Source: an uncultured Spirochaetota bacterium
GTDB taxonomy: Bacteria > Spirochaetota > Brevinematia > Brevinematales > JAOACQ01
Assembly: GCA_963835575.1 (NCBI GenBank)
Contig: CAWIGG010000002.1
Span: 1,184,001-1,248,000 of the forward strand
Direction of reading: 5' to 3'
DNA length: 64,000 nucleotides
The notes under the pieces are model-generated. The model did no database searches, was not told the DNA's origin, and was given only the letters and a program-made list of their open reading frames with translations. Made by a program: the position numbers and the translations under genes. Below, in pieces: positions 1 through 9,663 of this stretch (its first letter is position 1; every line of letters starts with the position of its first letter).

Positions 1-1
1 C

Positions 2-1813
2 CATTTTGATAATATACTTCCTGACTGGGACCAGTTTAAAAAAGAATTGAATTATATTCTTCATTGTCTTGAAACAAATCAAACGAGAAAATCTGAAGAA
101 TTTTTAAATAATAAAATTCTGAGCCTTATATCAAAACTGCCGATTACCGATATAAAGCCTCTTTCACCTGTCGAAATTGAAGTGGATAATGAGAGCAGCC
201 GGCAATATACTATCCTGAATATTTACTCAAAAGACAGCTTTGCATTTCTATATACTTTTACTAATGTTTTGGCTTTGAGAAATTATTATATCTATAAAAT
301 TGAGATAGATACTCAAGATGATAAAGCTTTTGACCGGCTGTTCATATTGACCCGGGATGGAAAAAAGATAATAGAGGCAAATAATATAGAAAATTTAAAA
401 ATAGCCGTCGCATTCATAAAACAATACTCATCTCTATTACAAAATGCCGTTAATCCTGATAATGCGCTCCGTTATTTTGACGAGCTTCTTTCCAGAATAC
501 TGGAATCAAGTGAGAAAAAGGAACTGCCGATTTTGGGTCAGCAGGATGTACAGGAAAAACTTGCCACTATTTTCGGCATAAGCGATTATTTCTGGGAAGA
601 CTTCATCCGTGTGCAGTATACAGACATGCTGCCCATACTTAATGATCCATCAATAGAGTATTCCTTTTCAAAGAAAGAATTAATTGATCGTTATAATCAC
701 ATCCATTTGCTAAATGAGCCGATGCAAACTGTTAACCTGGATGATTTTAATATACGGATCAATGAATTCAAAGACAGGGAAATGTTCCGCATCGATCTTC
801 GGCAAATCTTAAAAAAGATCGAAATGATACAATTTTCTATAGAGCTGACAGAACTGGCCGAAGCGGTTATTGAACTTGCCGTAAAAAAGATAGAAATTGA
901 ATTGCTTAAAAAATATTCTTTCCGGCAAATTCCGCCCTGGGCCGTATTTGGTCTGGGCAAGTTAGGCGGCAGGGAGTTGGGTTATGCATCCGATATCGAG
1001 GTTATGCTGGTCTATGATAACCCCGGACAATTAAAGGATGCAATTGAAATTGATTCCTATTTTGAAAAAATGATGCAGATGCTTATTCATACGATCCATT
1101 CTAAACGGGAAGGTATTTTTGAAATCGATCTCAATCTGCGCCCATACGGTAAATCTGGAAATTTAGCCGTCTCTAAAGCCAATTTTAAAGAATATTTTTC
1201 ATTAAAGGGACGGGCATATTATTTTGAAAAACAGGCCCTTGTGAAACTGCGCCCGATAGTGAGCAATGAATCCGGTTATTATTTATTTCAGGAAATTGTT
1301 AATTACCGTGATCTTTTTGTCTTCAGCGGGGAAAAGCCTGATATTGAAGCCCTGCTCAATCTCAGGGAAAAACAAATCCAGACCTATATTAAAAATTCTC
1401 AGGATATTAATATCAAATATTCCCGGGGATGCCTTGTTGATATCGAATACCTTGTCCAAAGCTTTCAAATCGTTTATGGAAAAATTTATCCCGGCTTAAA
1501 AAATCCTTCTACAGTGGATGCTATTGACAGCCTATATGAATGCAAAATCATCGATGATTTTGAGCAGAAAACGCTTAAAGAAAGCTATCTTTTTTATAGA
1601 AACTTGATAAATATCCTCCGGATGGTAAAAGGCAACGCGAAGGACTTGACTATTTATCCGGAAAATACCATTGAATACGATTACCTGGTCAAAAGAAGCT
1701 TTTTTGTGGGAATTATTGAAAAAGAAGTGAAAGAATTACTCGCTGACAAAATAAGAGAATTCAGGAAATCCATCATATCAATTCTAGACATTGAAATGAG
1801 TAAACTTAAATAA
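2..1813 (+). CDS. glnE: Glutamine synthetase adenylyltransferase (GlnE) with a GlnD-type ACT domain, 5'-partial
   Basis: Frame is open back to the window edge (HFDNILPDWDQFKKEL). Nucleotidyltransferase motif GLGKLGGRELGYASDIE, plus DLNLRPYG and KYSRGCLVDIEY. Convergent with glnA. Confidence 0.88.
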   Translation, partial: HFDNILPDWDQFKKELNYILHCLETNQTRKSEEFLNNKILSLISKLPITDIKPLSPVEIEVDNESSRQYTILNIYSKDSFAFLYTFTNVLALRNYYIYKIEIDTQDDKAFDRLFILTRDGKKIIEANNIENLKIAVAFIKQYSSLLQNAVNPDNALRYFDELLSRILESSEKKELPILGQQDVQEKLATIFGISDYFWEDFIRVQYTDMLPILNDPSIEYSFSKKELIDRYNHIHLLNEPMQTVNLDDFNIRINEFKDREMFRIDLRQILKKIEMIQFSIELTELAEAVIELAVKKIEIELLKKYSFRQIPPWAVFGLGKLGGRELGYASDIEVMLVYDNPGQLKDAIEIDSYFEKMMQMLIHTIHSKREGIFEIDLNLRPYGKSGNLAVSKANFKEYFSLKGRAYYFEKQALVKLRPIVSNESGYYLFQEIVNYRDLFVFSGEKPDIEALLNLREKQIQTYIKNSQDINIKYSRGCLVDIEYLVQSFQIVYGKIYPGLKNPSTVDAIDSLYECKIIDDFEQKTLKESYLFYRNLINILRMVKGNAKDLTIYPENTIEYDYLVKRSFFVGIIEKEVKELLADKIREFRKSIISILDIEMSKLK

Positions 1814-1815
1814 TT

Positions 1816-1848
1816 AAAGGCGGCATTATTAAATGCCGCCTTTTTTTT
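1816..1848. terminator. Intrinsic terminator between convergent glnE and glnA
   Basis: AAAGGCGGCATT-loop-AATGCCGCCTTT followed by a T-run. Confidence 0.8.
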
Positions 1849-1853
1849 ATCAT

Positions 1854-3272
1854 TTAAACATCATAGTAAAGGAAAAACTCATAAGGGTGCGGCCTCTGCT
1901 GAACAGCCCGCACTTCATTTACCATCTTGTAATCTATCCAGATTTCGATTACATCTTTTGTAAAAACATCGCCTTTAAGAAGCCATTCATGATCATTTTT
2001 CAAGTTATTCAGGGCTTCTTCCAATGAACCTGGAACATTTCCGACTTTTCCGCGTTCTTCAGGGGGCAGGTCATAAATATTTTTATCCAGAGGTTCACCC
2101 GGGTCAATTTTATTCTGGATTCCATCCAACCCGGCCATAAGCATCGCGGCAAAAGCAAGATAAGGATTGCAGCTCGGGTCAGGAGTCCTGAATTCCAGCC
2201 TTTTTGCAGCGGGACTGCTGGAGTACATAGGTATTCTGACTGCCGCGCTTCTATTACGGGCTGAATAAGCCAGGTTTATCGGCGCTTCAAACCCCGGAAC
2301 AAGCCTCTTGTAAGAATTCATCGTCGGGCATGTAATAGCAACTAAAGCATTAGCATGCTTTAAAATACCACCGATATACCAGAGTCCTTCCTGAGAAAAT
2401 CCGGCATATTTATTACCGACAAAGATGTTCTTGTCTTTTTTCCATATGCTCTGGTGGCAATGCATTCCACTGCCGTTATCGCCGAACAAAGGTTTAGGCA
2501 TAAAAGTAACTGTTTTGCCGTTTTTAACAGCGACATTCTTAGTCACATATTTATAAAGAAGCACCTGGTCTGCCATTTTAACAAGATCGGCAAATCGCAT
2601 ATCAATTTCAGCCTGACCCGCTGTTGCAACTTCATGGTGATGTGCCTCAATTCGGATACCGACCTTTTCCAGCATCTGTACCATTTCACTGCGGATATCC
2701 TGCAGAGAATCTGATGGCGGAACAGGGAAATAACCCTCTTTATGCCTGATCTTATATCCTTTATTTCCGCCTTCTTCGATCCTGCCGGTATTCCATACAC
2801 CCTCGTCAGAATCAATATAATAGTATCCTTCTTTTGCATTCTGGCCATATCGTACATCATCAAAAATAAAAAACTCAAGTTCGGGACCAAAATAAACTGT
2901 ATCGCCTATCCCCGTGCTTTTGAGAAAATTCACAGCTTTCTTTGCTATGTGCCTTGGATCTCTTGTGTAATCCTGAAGAGTAATCGGATCCTTAATATCC
3001 GCAATCATTATCAATGTCGGATATTTTGCAAAAGGATCAACTACTGCCGTTGATGGGTCTGGCATAAGAAGCATATCCGATTCATTGATCCCCTGCCAAC
3101 CGCGGATGGAAGATCCATCAAAACCCAAACCTTCTTCAAAAGGACTTTCATCCTTAAATTCAGATACGGGATAAGTACAGTGCTGCCACATTCCCGGGAA
3201 ATCCATAAAACGGAGATCAATCTGGACAATGCCTTCTTTTTTAATCAGTTCCAATACACTTTTAGCATCCAT
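1854..3272 (-). CDS. glnA: Glutamine synthetase type I
   Basis: Motifs [45 protein letters not shown] and RLEFR. Adenylylation-site Tyr in [18 protein letters not shown]. Confidence 0.97.
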   Translation of the reverse strand: MDAKSVLELIKKEGIVQIDLRFMDFPGMWQHCTYPVSEFKDESPFEEGLGFDGSSIRGWQGINESDMLLMPDPSTAVVDPFAKYPTLIMIADIKDPITLQDYTRDPRHIAKKAVNFLKSTGIGDTVYFGPELEFFIFDDVRYGQNAKEGYYYIDSDEGVWNTGRIEEGGNKGYKIRHKEGYFPVPPSDSLQDIRSEMVQMLEKVGIRIEAHHHEVATAGQAEIDMRFADLVKMADQVLLYKYVTKNVAVKNGKTVTFMPKPLFGDNGSGMHCHQSIWKKDKNIFVGNKYAGFSQEGLWYIGGILKHANALVAITCPTMNSYKRLVPGFEAPINLAYSARNRSAAVRIPMYSSSPAAKRLEFRTPDPSCNPYLAFAAMLMAGLDGIQNKIDPGEPLDKNIYDLPPEERGKVGNVPGSLEEALNNLKNDHEWLLKGDVFTKDVIEIWIDYKMVNEVRAVQQRPHPYEFFLYYDV

Positions 3273-3307
3273 ATATTATTACCTCCTTTTATATACTGGT
3301 ATATAAG

Positions 3308-3324
3308 TGCAACTCTTATGCCAA
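3308..3324 (-). promoter_or_regulatory. Sigma-54 (-24/-12) promoter of glnA
   Basis: Minus strand reads TTGGCAT-AAGAG-TTGCA with correct GG-N10-GC spacing, about 35 nt upstream of the glnA ATG. Confidence 0.88.
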
Positions 3325-3481
3325 TTAATCTATCATAAGCAATAAATTTATATCTTATTATATGACAAATATTTATATAGTTTTATTAATTCAATTATTG
3401 TCTTTAGTAAAATATTATTTGATTATATATTATTCATCTTTTATAATAGTGGTTAAATAATAGACATTTTGAGGTAAAACT

Positions 3482-5557
3482 ATGGATAATAATTATACTA
3501 AAGAATTGGAAGAGAAAATAAAACGGCTCAAGCTGATCCAATATCTCACCATCGCTATGAATGAAACTGCGGATTCACAGGATCTTTTAAAAATGATGCT
3601 GGATAAATGTATCACCCTGACAGGCGCTGACAGCGGATCCATAATGATTAAAGATCCCAATTCCAAACACCTCCGTTATGAAGTCTTTAAAGGCCTTGAT
3701 GAAGAAATGGTCATAAAGACACCTATTATTGTAGGAGAGGGGCTGACAGGCACTGTTTTTCAAGACGGCATCCCGCGCCTTGTCAATGATGTCGCCATGG
3801 AGCCGGTGTATATCCCTGTCCGTAAGGATATACAATCCGAGCTGGCCGTACCTCTCAGCGTGCATGGGAAAGTGATTGGAGTTGTCAATGTAGACAGCGC
3901 CGGGAAAAACGCCTTTACAGAGGACGATGTTGAGCTTCTTCAAACTATTTCAAACCAGGCCGCTCAAATACTAATAAGAACTAATCTTTACCAGGAACTG
4001 GAAAGAAAAATCAAATTTAAAGATCTCCTCCTCGACATAGCGCAGAGCATAGAAAAGATATTCGAATTAACGGATTCCTTCGAGATTGTCATGAAAAAGC
4101 TGGCGGACAGCTTCGGCATTTTCAGGGGAATGCTGGTCTTATTCGAAAAGGAAGAACCCAATAAACTCTCTGTATTCAGCGCGTATAATATTACTGATGA
4201 AGAGATGTCCCGCGGAATTTATCAAGTTGGTGAAGGCGTTGTCGGAAAAGTTGTGGAAACAGGAAAACCTATTTCCATCCCTGATATTATTAAAGATGAT
4301 TCTTTTCTGAACCGTCTTCAAATTAAAAGAGATAAAAACAGCCCAACCTCTTTTATAGCAGTCCCGATTAAAATTGAAGGTATTGTTGTCGGAGTTATGG
4401 CGATCGAAAAACATTTTGAAAATGAAAATATTCTTGAAGACGAAGAAGATATGATGACGCTCATCGCAAATATAATCGCCAATAAAGTAAAAGCATGGGA
4501 AAGGATTTTTAAGGAAAAGGAAAACCTGATCGCTGAAAATCTGAACCTTAAAAAGGAATTATTAAAAAATTTTGCTGTGGGCAATATCATCGGCAAGAAT
4601 AAAAGCATGATATCGGTATTCGAATTGATCAATACGGTTTCTGACAGCAATTCATCAATATTGATCCTTGGTGAAAGCGGCACCGGAAAAGAATTAGTCG
4701 CGCAGGCGCTTCATGTCGGCAGCGGCAGGAAGGATGCCCCGTTTGTCAGCATCAATTGCGCTTCCATACCTGAAAATCTTCTTGAATCGGAACTTTTCGG
4801 TTATAAAAAGGGCTCTTTTACCGGGGCAATCAGCGACAAAAAAGGTAAATTTCAGCTGGCTAACGGCGGGACTGTTTTTCTGGATGAAATCGGCGATATG
4901 CCCCTTTACCTTCAGGCAAAACTTCTCCGCGCCATCCAGGAGAGGGAAATCGAACCGCTCGGCAGCGAAGTAAAAGTGAAAATAGACATACGCATTGTCT
5001 CGGCAACTAATAAAGACCTGGATAAATTGATAAAAGACGGGAAATTCCGCGAAGACCTTTATTACCGTTTAAATGTTGTCGAAATACTCATTCCTCCTCT
5101 CCGTGAAAGAAAGGACGATATACCGTTATTAGTGAACCATTTCCTTAAAAAATACGCCCAAAGGGACAGTAAAAATGTCCATGGGATCTCCCAGGAAGCC
5201 CTAAGGCTTCTCCAGAGCTATAATTGGCCCGGGAACGTCCGTGAACTGGAGAATATCATTGAAAGGGCTGTTCTGCTCTGCCGCACTCAGACAATAGAAG
5301 TAAATAACCTTCCTCCTTTCCTGATGGATATTGAGGAAGTGCCGGATATTCATATCAGTAAATGGATAGAGGGTTTTATAAAAAATCCTTCTTTCAGCGG
5401 CAAGCTTTATGAAAAAATCATCGGTCATGTGGAAAAGGAATTGATAGCCAAATCGCTTATTTTTAATAACAGAAATAAAGTGAAAACTTCTGATTTTCTC
5501 GGGATTAACCGGAACACGCTGAGAAGTAAAATGGAAGATTATAACATTAAGATGTAA
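3482..5557 (+). CDS. Sigma-54 enhancer-binding protein, GAF-GAF-AAA+-Fis HTH (NifA/FhlA-like)
   Basis: Two GAF-like repeats, Walker A GESGTGKE, ESELFG..GSFTGA, FLDEIG, WPGNVRELEN and a C-terminal LGINRNTL HTH. Confidence 0.92.
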   Translation: MDNNYTKELEEKIKRLKLIQYLTIAMNETADSQDLLKMMLDKCITLTGADSGSIMIKDPNSKHLRYEVFKGLDEEMVIKTPIIVGEGLTGTVFQDGIPRLVNDVAMEPVYIPVRKDIQSELAVPLSVHGKVIGVVNVDSAGKNAFTEDDVELLQTISNQAAQILIRTNLYQELERKIKFKDLLLDIAQSIEKIFELTDSFEIVMKKLADSFGIFRGMLVLFEKEEPNKLSVFSAYNITDEEMSRGIYQVGEGVVGKVVETGKPISIPDIIKDDSFLNRLQIKRDKNSPTSFIAVPIKIEGIVVGVMAIEKHFENENILEDEEDMMTLIANIIANKVKAWERIFKEKENLIAENLNLKKELLKNFAVGNIIGKNKSMISVFELINTVSDSNSSILILGESGTGKELVAQALHVGSGRKDAPFVSINCASIPENLLESELFGYKKGSFTGAISDKKGKFQLANGGTVFLDEIGDMPLYLQAKLLRAIQEREIEPLGSEVKVKIDIRIVSATNKDLDKLIKDGKFREDLYYRLNVVEILIPPLRERKDDIPLLVNHFLKKYAQRDSKNVHGISQEALRLLQSYNWPGNVRELENIIERAVLLCRTQTIEVNNLPPFLMDIEEVPDIHISKWIEGFIKNPSFSGKLYEKIIGHVEKELIAKSLIFNNRNKVKTSDFLGINRNTLRSKMEDYNIKM

Positions 5558-5606
5558 AAAGCAGCGGTTTTGTCTTGTATTAAGGCCAATTTATTTAATC
5601 CGTTTG

Positions 5607-6344
5607 TTATTTGCTCAATCCAATAAATGACAGCATCCTTTCTATCTCTGTGCCGCTCCGGTATGAATAAAAAGCTTTTTCCTTACCGCATTTTGAGCAA
5701 GCCGGATAAGATAATATATTATCTTCCCGAATGCCTTCCATTATCAATTCGCTTTTTACCATCTCTTTTAAATCAAGATAATATTTACCATTTCTTAATT
5801 CATAATGAACTGTATTTAAACTATCTATTAATTCTTTCCCGACTTCATAACAGCACTTATTAATATGAGGACCAATCATTATCATTAATTTTTCTCTTTC
5901 AATCCCCAGTTCTTTATTAACTGAACTGATCATATTTAAATGGATCTTTTTATTAACACCTCTCCAGCCGGCATGAATAACTCCTGCGAAACTCCTTTTT
6001 TGATCCGTATAAAAAATCGGTATACAGTCAGCGGTCAATACTCCCAGAAGTATATCTTTTTGAGAAGTAAATAGACCATCACCCTCAATTAATGAATTAT
6101 TAACAAATTCTTTTAAATTTATGGAATTGATATAATGAATAATATCAGAATGGATCTGCTTTAATGTAATAAGGGAGGAGAATTTTAGATCTTGAATAAT
6201 TTTATTCCTATTTTCGTTTATTTCTTTAATTACTTTGGAATTTCCGGCCGTATGGACGGCATAATTCATTCCCTTTAATGTCGTTCCGCAGATAATCCCG
6301 CTTTTACAGAAATCCGAGTAAAGAATAAACCCGCTATTTATCAT
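5607..6344 (-). CDS. pgeF: YfiH/PgeF family purine nucleoside phosphorylase / laccase-domain protein
   Basis: Motifs QIHS, LTADC, HAGWRG, GPHI..CCYEVG and FYSYR. Confidence 0.88.
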   Translation of the reverse strand: MINSGFILYSDFCKSGIICGTTLKGMNYAVHTAGNSKVIKEINENRNKIIQDLKFSSLITLKQIHSDIIHYINSINLKEFVNNSLIEGDGLFTSQKDILLGVLTADCIPIFYTDQKRSFAGVIHAGWRGVNKKIHLNMISSVNKELGIEREKLMIMIGPHINKCCYEVGKELIDSLNTVHYELRNGKYYLDLKEMVKSELIMEGIREDNILSYPACSKCGKEKAFYSYRSGTEIERMLSFIGLSK

Positions 6345-6349
6345 TTTTT

Positions 6350-7869
6350 GTAACTATCCAGCCGCATATTTAATAGCGGAGCCGTTCAACGCGTCAATAA
6401 GGGCTTGATAAACACTGACGCCCATCTTTTTTACTGTAGATATATAACCCCTGATTCTGCAAAAGGCAGCCGCTCCATTCCAGCTTCTGAATGTACCTGA
6501 TATTTTCTGCTGGACTTTTATCATTCTGATATCCCGTTCCGCCAAATTGTTGCTGAATGGAACATCTTTTTCCCGCATAAATAAAAGGACAGATTCTTTA
6601 TATTTTCTTAATCGGTCTAATAGGCATAAAACCTTGCCCCGCTTTTTTCTGCCGCGTTTAACAAGTCCTTCCGGCTTTTCAGGCGTTGGATTTACAGCAA
6701 ATCCTTTCGCGATGATCCGGTCATATTCCGTATCATATTCTATAATCCTTTCCGCCGGTATTGGAAAACTTGCCTCTTTATCATTCTTAATCCTTATAAG
6801 AAGATTACCCATCTCCTTAGCCCATTCCTGACCCATTTCCTCATGTATCCAGATTAGCTCTCTCAAATGGTGTACATTACACAATCCATGACGGCATAAG
6901 AATTCCAGATAACTTTTCCATCCATCGTGGATAATAATACCGGTAAATCTTGTGAGAATGTCCATCGCACGCATCGCCTCTGTGCCGCGTTTGTCATGAG
7001 AAAAATAATAGGTAAAACGTTCATTCGAGGCAACATGGAGCCATTTTAATAACCCTTTTATCCGAATACCGGTTTCATCACAGTGAAGAACCACTTCTTT
7101 TAGTATCAGTTCTATGACTTTCTGTTCATACTCTTCTAATTTATTGTAGGTCTCCCGGATAAATCCTTCAATCGTTGCCTTGCTGAGCGGCACTCCCAAT
7201 AAACATTCGGCGTATTCCGAAAGCCTTTCATAGGGTATCAACCCATATGTTTTCATATAGACCAGATGCGCTTTAATGTTTTTTCCATACTGTGCCTTAT
7301 TGGTTATGCCTTCCGGAAACTCCGCCGTTACTCTCGCACCGCAATGCGGACAATCTTTTACTTCCGAGCGATGTTCGGTAACTTCCACTTTTATCGGAGG
7401 TATATCGAACACCTGCCTTCTTTCCGTCCGCTTAACTGATTCGGAACTTAAATCAATTCCACAACAGGAACATTTTTCAACCTGATGTTCTATGATCTTA
7501 TCAGGGCTTTCTACTTTCTTCAGAGTATTTCCCTTATGTCCAAACTGGCCGCCTTGTTTTTTACCGCTCTTTTTCCGTAAATTCTTTACTGTATTTTGGA
7601 ATGGATTATCGGAAGACGGCGGTTTATTGCTGTTATGGCTGTCCTTATTAAGCTGTTCTTCCAATTTCTTAATCTTTTCCGCTTGTCTTTGAATGATTAA
7701 ACCCTGCTCCTTTATCTGGTTTTGTAAATCAGCAATGATGCCTTCAAATCGTTTTAAGCAGGCCGCACAGTCTTTTTCTCTTCTATCTTCATTCATGCTA
7801 TAGAATAGCATGGTTTCATGCTCAATGCAAATATTTCATGTGACTATTTTTTAGTGGCTGGATAGTTAC
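6350..7869 (-). mobile_element. IS66 family element (single-ORF type), complete
   Basis: Terminal inverted repeat GTAACTATCCAGCC at both ends. 8-bp TSD CATTTTTT at 6342-6349 and 7870-7877. Confidence 0.95.
6354..7811 (-). CDS. IS66 family transposase
   Basis: Coiled coil, NSNKPPSSD, Zn finger CSCC/CPHC, HCDETG, HDG, CNVHHLREL and NNLAERDIR. Confidence 0.93.
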   Translation of the reverse strand: MLFYSMNEDRREKDCAACLKRFEGIIADLQNQIKEQGLIIQRQAEKIKKLEEQLNKDSHNSNKPPSSDNPFQNTVKNLRKKSGKKQGGQFGHKGNTLKKVESPDKIIEHQVEKCSCCGIDLSSESVKRTERRQVFDIPPIKVEVTEHRSEVKDCPHCGARVTAEFPEGITNKAQYGKNIKAHLVYMKTYGLIPYERLSEYAECLLGVPLSKATIEGFIRETYNKLEEYEQKVIELILKEVVLHCDETGIRIKGLLKWLHVASNERFTYYFSHDKRGTEAMRAMDILTRFTGIIIHDGWKSYLEFLCRHGLCNVHHLRELIWIHEEMGQEWAKEMGNLLIRIKNDKEASFPIPAERIIEYDTEYDRIIAKGFAVNPTPEKPEGLVKRGRKKRGKVLCLLDRLRKYKESVLLFMREKDVPFSNNLAERDIRMIKVQQKISGTFRSWNGAAAFCRIRGYISTVKKMGVSVYQALIDALNGSAIKYAAG

Positions 7870-7875
7870 CATTTT

Positions 7876-9630
7876 TTAAGGTATTTTAAAGACAAGCAAA
7901 GTCATATCGTCCCACTGGTCAACACCGCTTGACCATATGTCCAATTCCCTGAAAACAACATTGACGATAGTAGAGGCATTAAGTGAAGAGTATTCTTTAA
8001 TAATCTTTTTTAAGCGCTCAATTCCGAAATCATTTCCTTTATTATCAACTGTATCAACAATCCCGTCTGTTAAGCAGAAAACAACATCTCCCGAATCCAG
8101 CTGCATGCGCGAAGAAACGTATTTTTCGGTTTTAGAAATTCCAAGAGGAATTCCTTTTGTGGCCAGTGATAAAAACTGGTTTTTTGAAGGCTTATAAATA
8201 TATTGAAGGTTATGACCGGCATTTGAATATTCAAGGATTTTCTGGTTCAAATCCAGCGTACAGTAAAACATCGTTACAAACATCCCTACCCTTGAATCAT
8301 CAACAAGAATTTCATTGGAATACTCCAGAAGCTTATTCGGTTCTCTTGTATGATAAGCATACGCTTTGGCGACACTTCTTGAAACAGCCATATATAGCGA
8401 TGCCGGCAGGCCTTTACCGGAAACATCTCCTATAACAAAGCCGATTCTATTGGGCGTAATCGGATATATATCATAGAAATCGCCGCCGACAACTTCGGCA
8501 GCTTTCATTTTAGCGTAAATCGATATATTTTTAAAATTGCTGAAATCATCAATAAGAAGGGCATTCTGAAGGGTCTTCATGATATCAATTTCCTTTCTTA
8601 TCTTTTCATGCTCGATCCGGTCATTATAACTGAGAATGCTTTCATAGGTATGGCCTACCTGATTCGCTATCGTTTGCAGGGTTTTTATCATTTCCGGGGT
8701 ATACCTGTTGTTCTTATTCGGTTCTGAGATATTAATAACCCCGATAGATATATTTTTCAACTTAATAGGCGCGCAGATAAAACTGTTGTTTTTATACCGG
8801 AAGCGTTTATTCCTTCCAAGCCCGATTTTCTCTATATCATTCGCGTAAAGGGTTTTTCCCTGTTTCATCGTTTTGCTTGATATCTTTTCTATATCCAGAC
8901 TATGCTCCATTTTTCCCACAACTTCTTCAGGCATTCCGACCGCGCTTTCAATGTAAAGATTTCCAGTTTTTTCATTAATGAACATGATTGAAACCCGGCG
9001 AGAATAAAAAACCTTTGAAATTAAATCCACTATTTTTTTGAACAGATCTTTTTTGTCATATATCAGATTCGTGAGATTGCTGATTTGATAAAGGTATTCC
9101 AGCTCTTTAGCCCTGCTCTGCAAAGCTTTATAGAGAAGGGCATTCGCGATTGCCGTTGCCGCCTGCTCGGCAAACTGCTTTAAGAGCACAACATCATCAT
9201 CTGTAAAAATATCTTTTGCCGGATTCATTACTTCAATCACGCCGATCGCCTTTTCATTATGAATAAGCGGCATTGCCAGAAGGTTTCTTGTTTTTAAATT
9301 TGTTTTTTCATCTACAGCTTTATAAAACCTTCTATCATTCTGAGCGTTATAAACTATAACGTGCTGTTTGGTTTCCGCGGCATAACCGGCAATACCTTTG
9401 CCTTTTGGAACAACTACATCGTAGAGCGCGTCCACATTTTCACCGAAAGCCGCTTCAAAAAAGAGATTTCCTGTATCCGAATCAACCAGAAGAATTGAAG
9501 CTCCCTCGGCTCTTAATAGTATGCCGGCATAATGAGAGATATCATTGAGAATACTGCGGACATCTTCGATTGAATTTATTTTTCTATTAATGTCCAGAAC
9601 TGCCTGCAAATCCTTGATATTGAGCGCCAT
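7876..9630 (-). CDS. GAF-GAF-SpoIIE (RsbU-like PP2C) serine phosphatase
   Basis: Two GAF domains. PP2C motifs VGGDFYD, GDVSGKG, TDG and DDMT are intact. Confidence 0.9.
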   Translation of the reverse strand: MALNIKDLQAVLDINRKINSIEDVRSILNDISHYAGILLRAEGASILLVDSDTGNLFFEAAFGENVDALYDVVVPKGKGIAGYAAETKQHVIVYNAQNDRRFYKAVDEKTNLKTRNLLAMPLIHNEKAIGVIEVMNPAKDIFTDDDVVLLKQFAEQAATAIANALLYKALQSRAKELEYLYQISNLTNLIYDKKDLFKKIVDLISKVFYSRRVSIMFINEKTGNLYIESAVGMPEEVVGKMEHSLDIEKISSKTMKQGKTLYANDIEKIGLGRNKRFRYKNNSFICAPIKLKNISIGVINISEPNKNNRYTPEMIKTLQTIANQVGHTYESILSYNDRIEHEKIRKEIDIMKTLQNALLIDDFSNFKNISIYAKMKAAEVVGGDFYDIYPITPNRIGFVIGDVSGKGLPASLYMAVSRSVAKAYAYHTREPNKLLEYSNEILVDDSRVGMFVTMFYCTLDLNQKILEYSNAGHNLQYIYKPSKNQFLSLATKGIPLGISKTEKYVSSRMQLDSGDVVFCLTDGIVDTVDNKGNDFGIERLKKIIKEYSSLNASTIVNVVFRELDIWSSGVDQWDDMTLLVFKIP

Positions 9631-9663
9631 TCTTATACTCCGGATTATACTAAAACCGCAAGC

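Noticed and set aside
3482..5557. Naming the activator nifA or ntrC
   Set aside because: It has no receiver domain, so it is not NtrC. It has two GAF domains and there are no nif genes in the window, so nifA cannot be supported.
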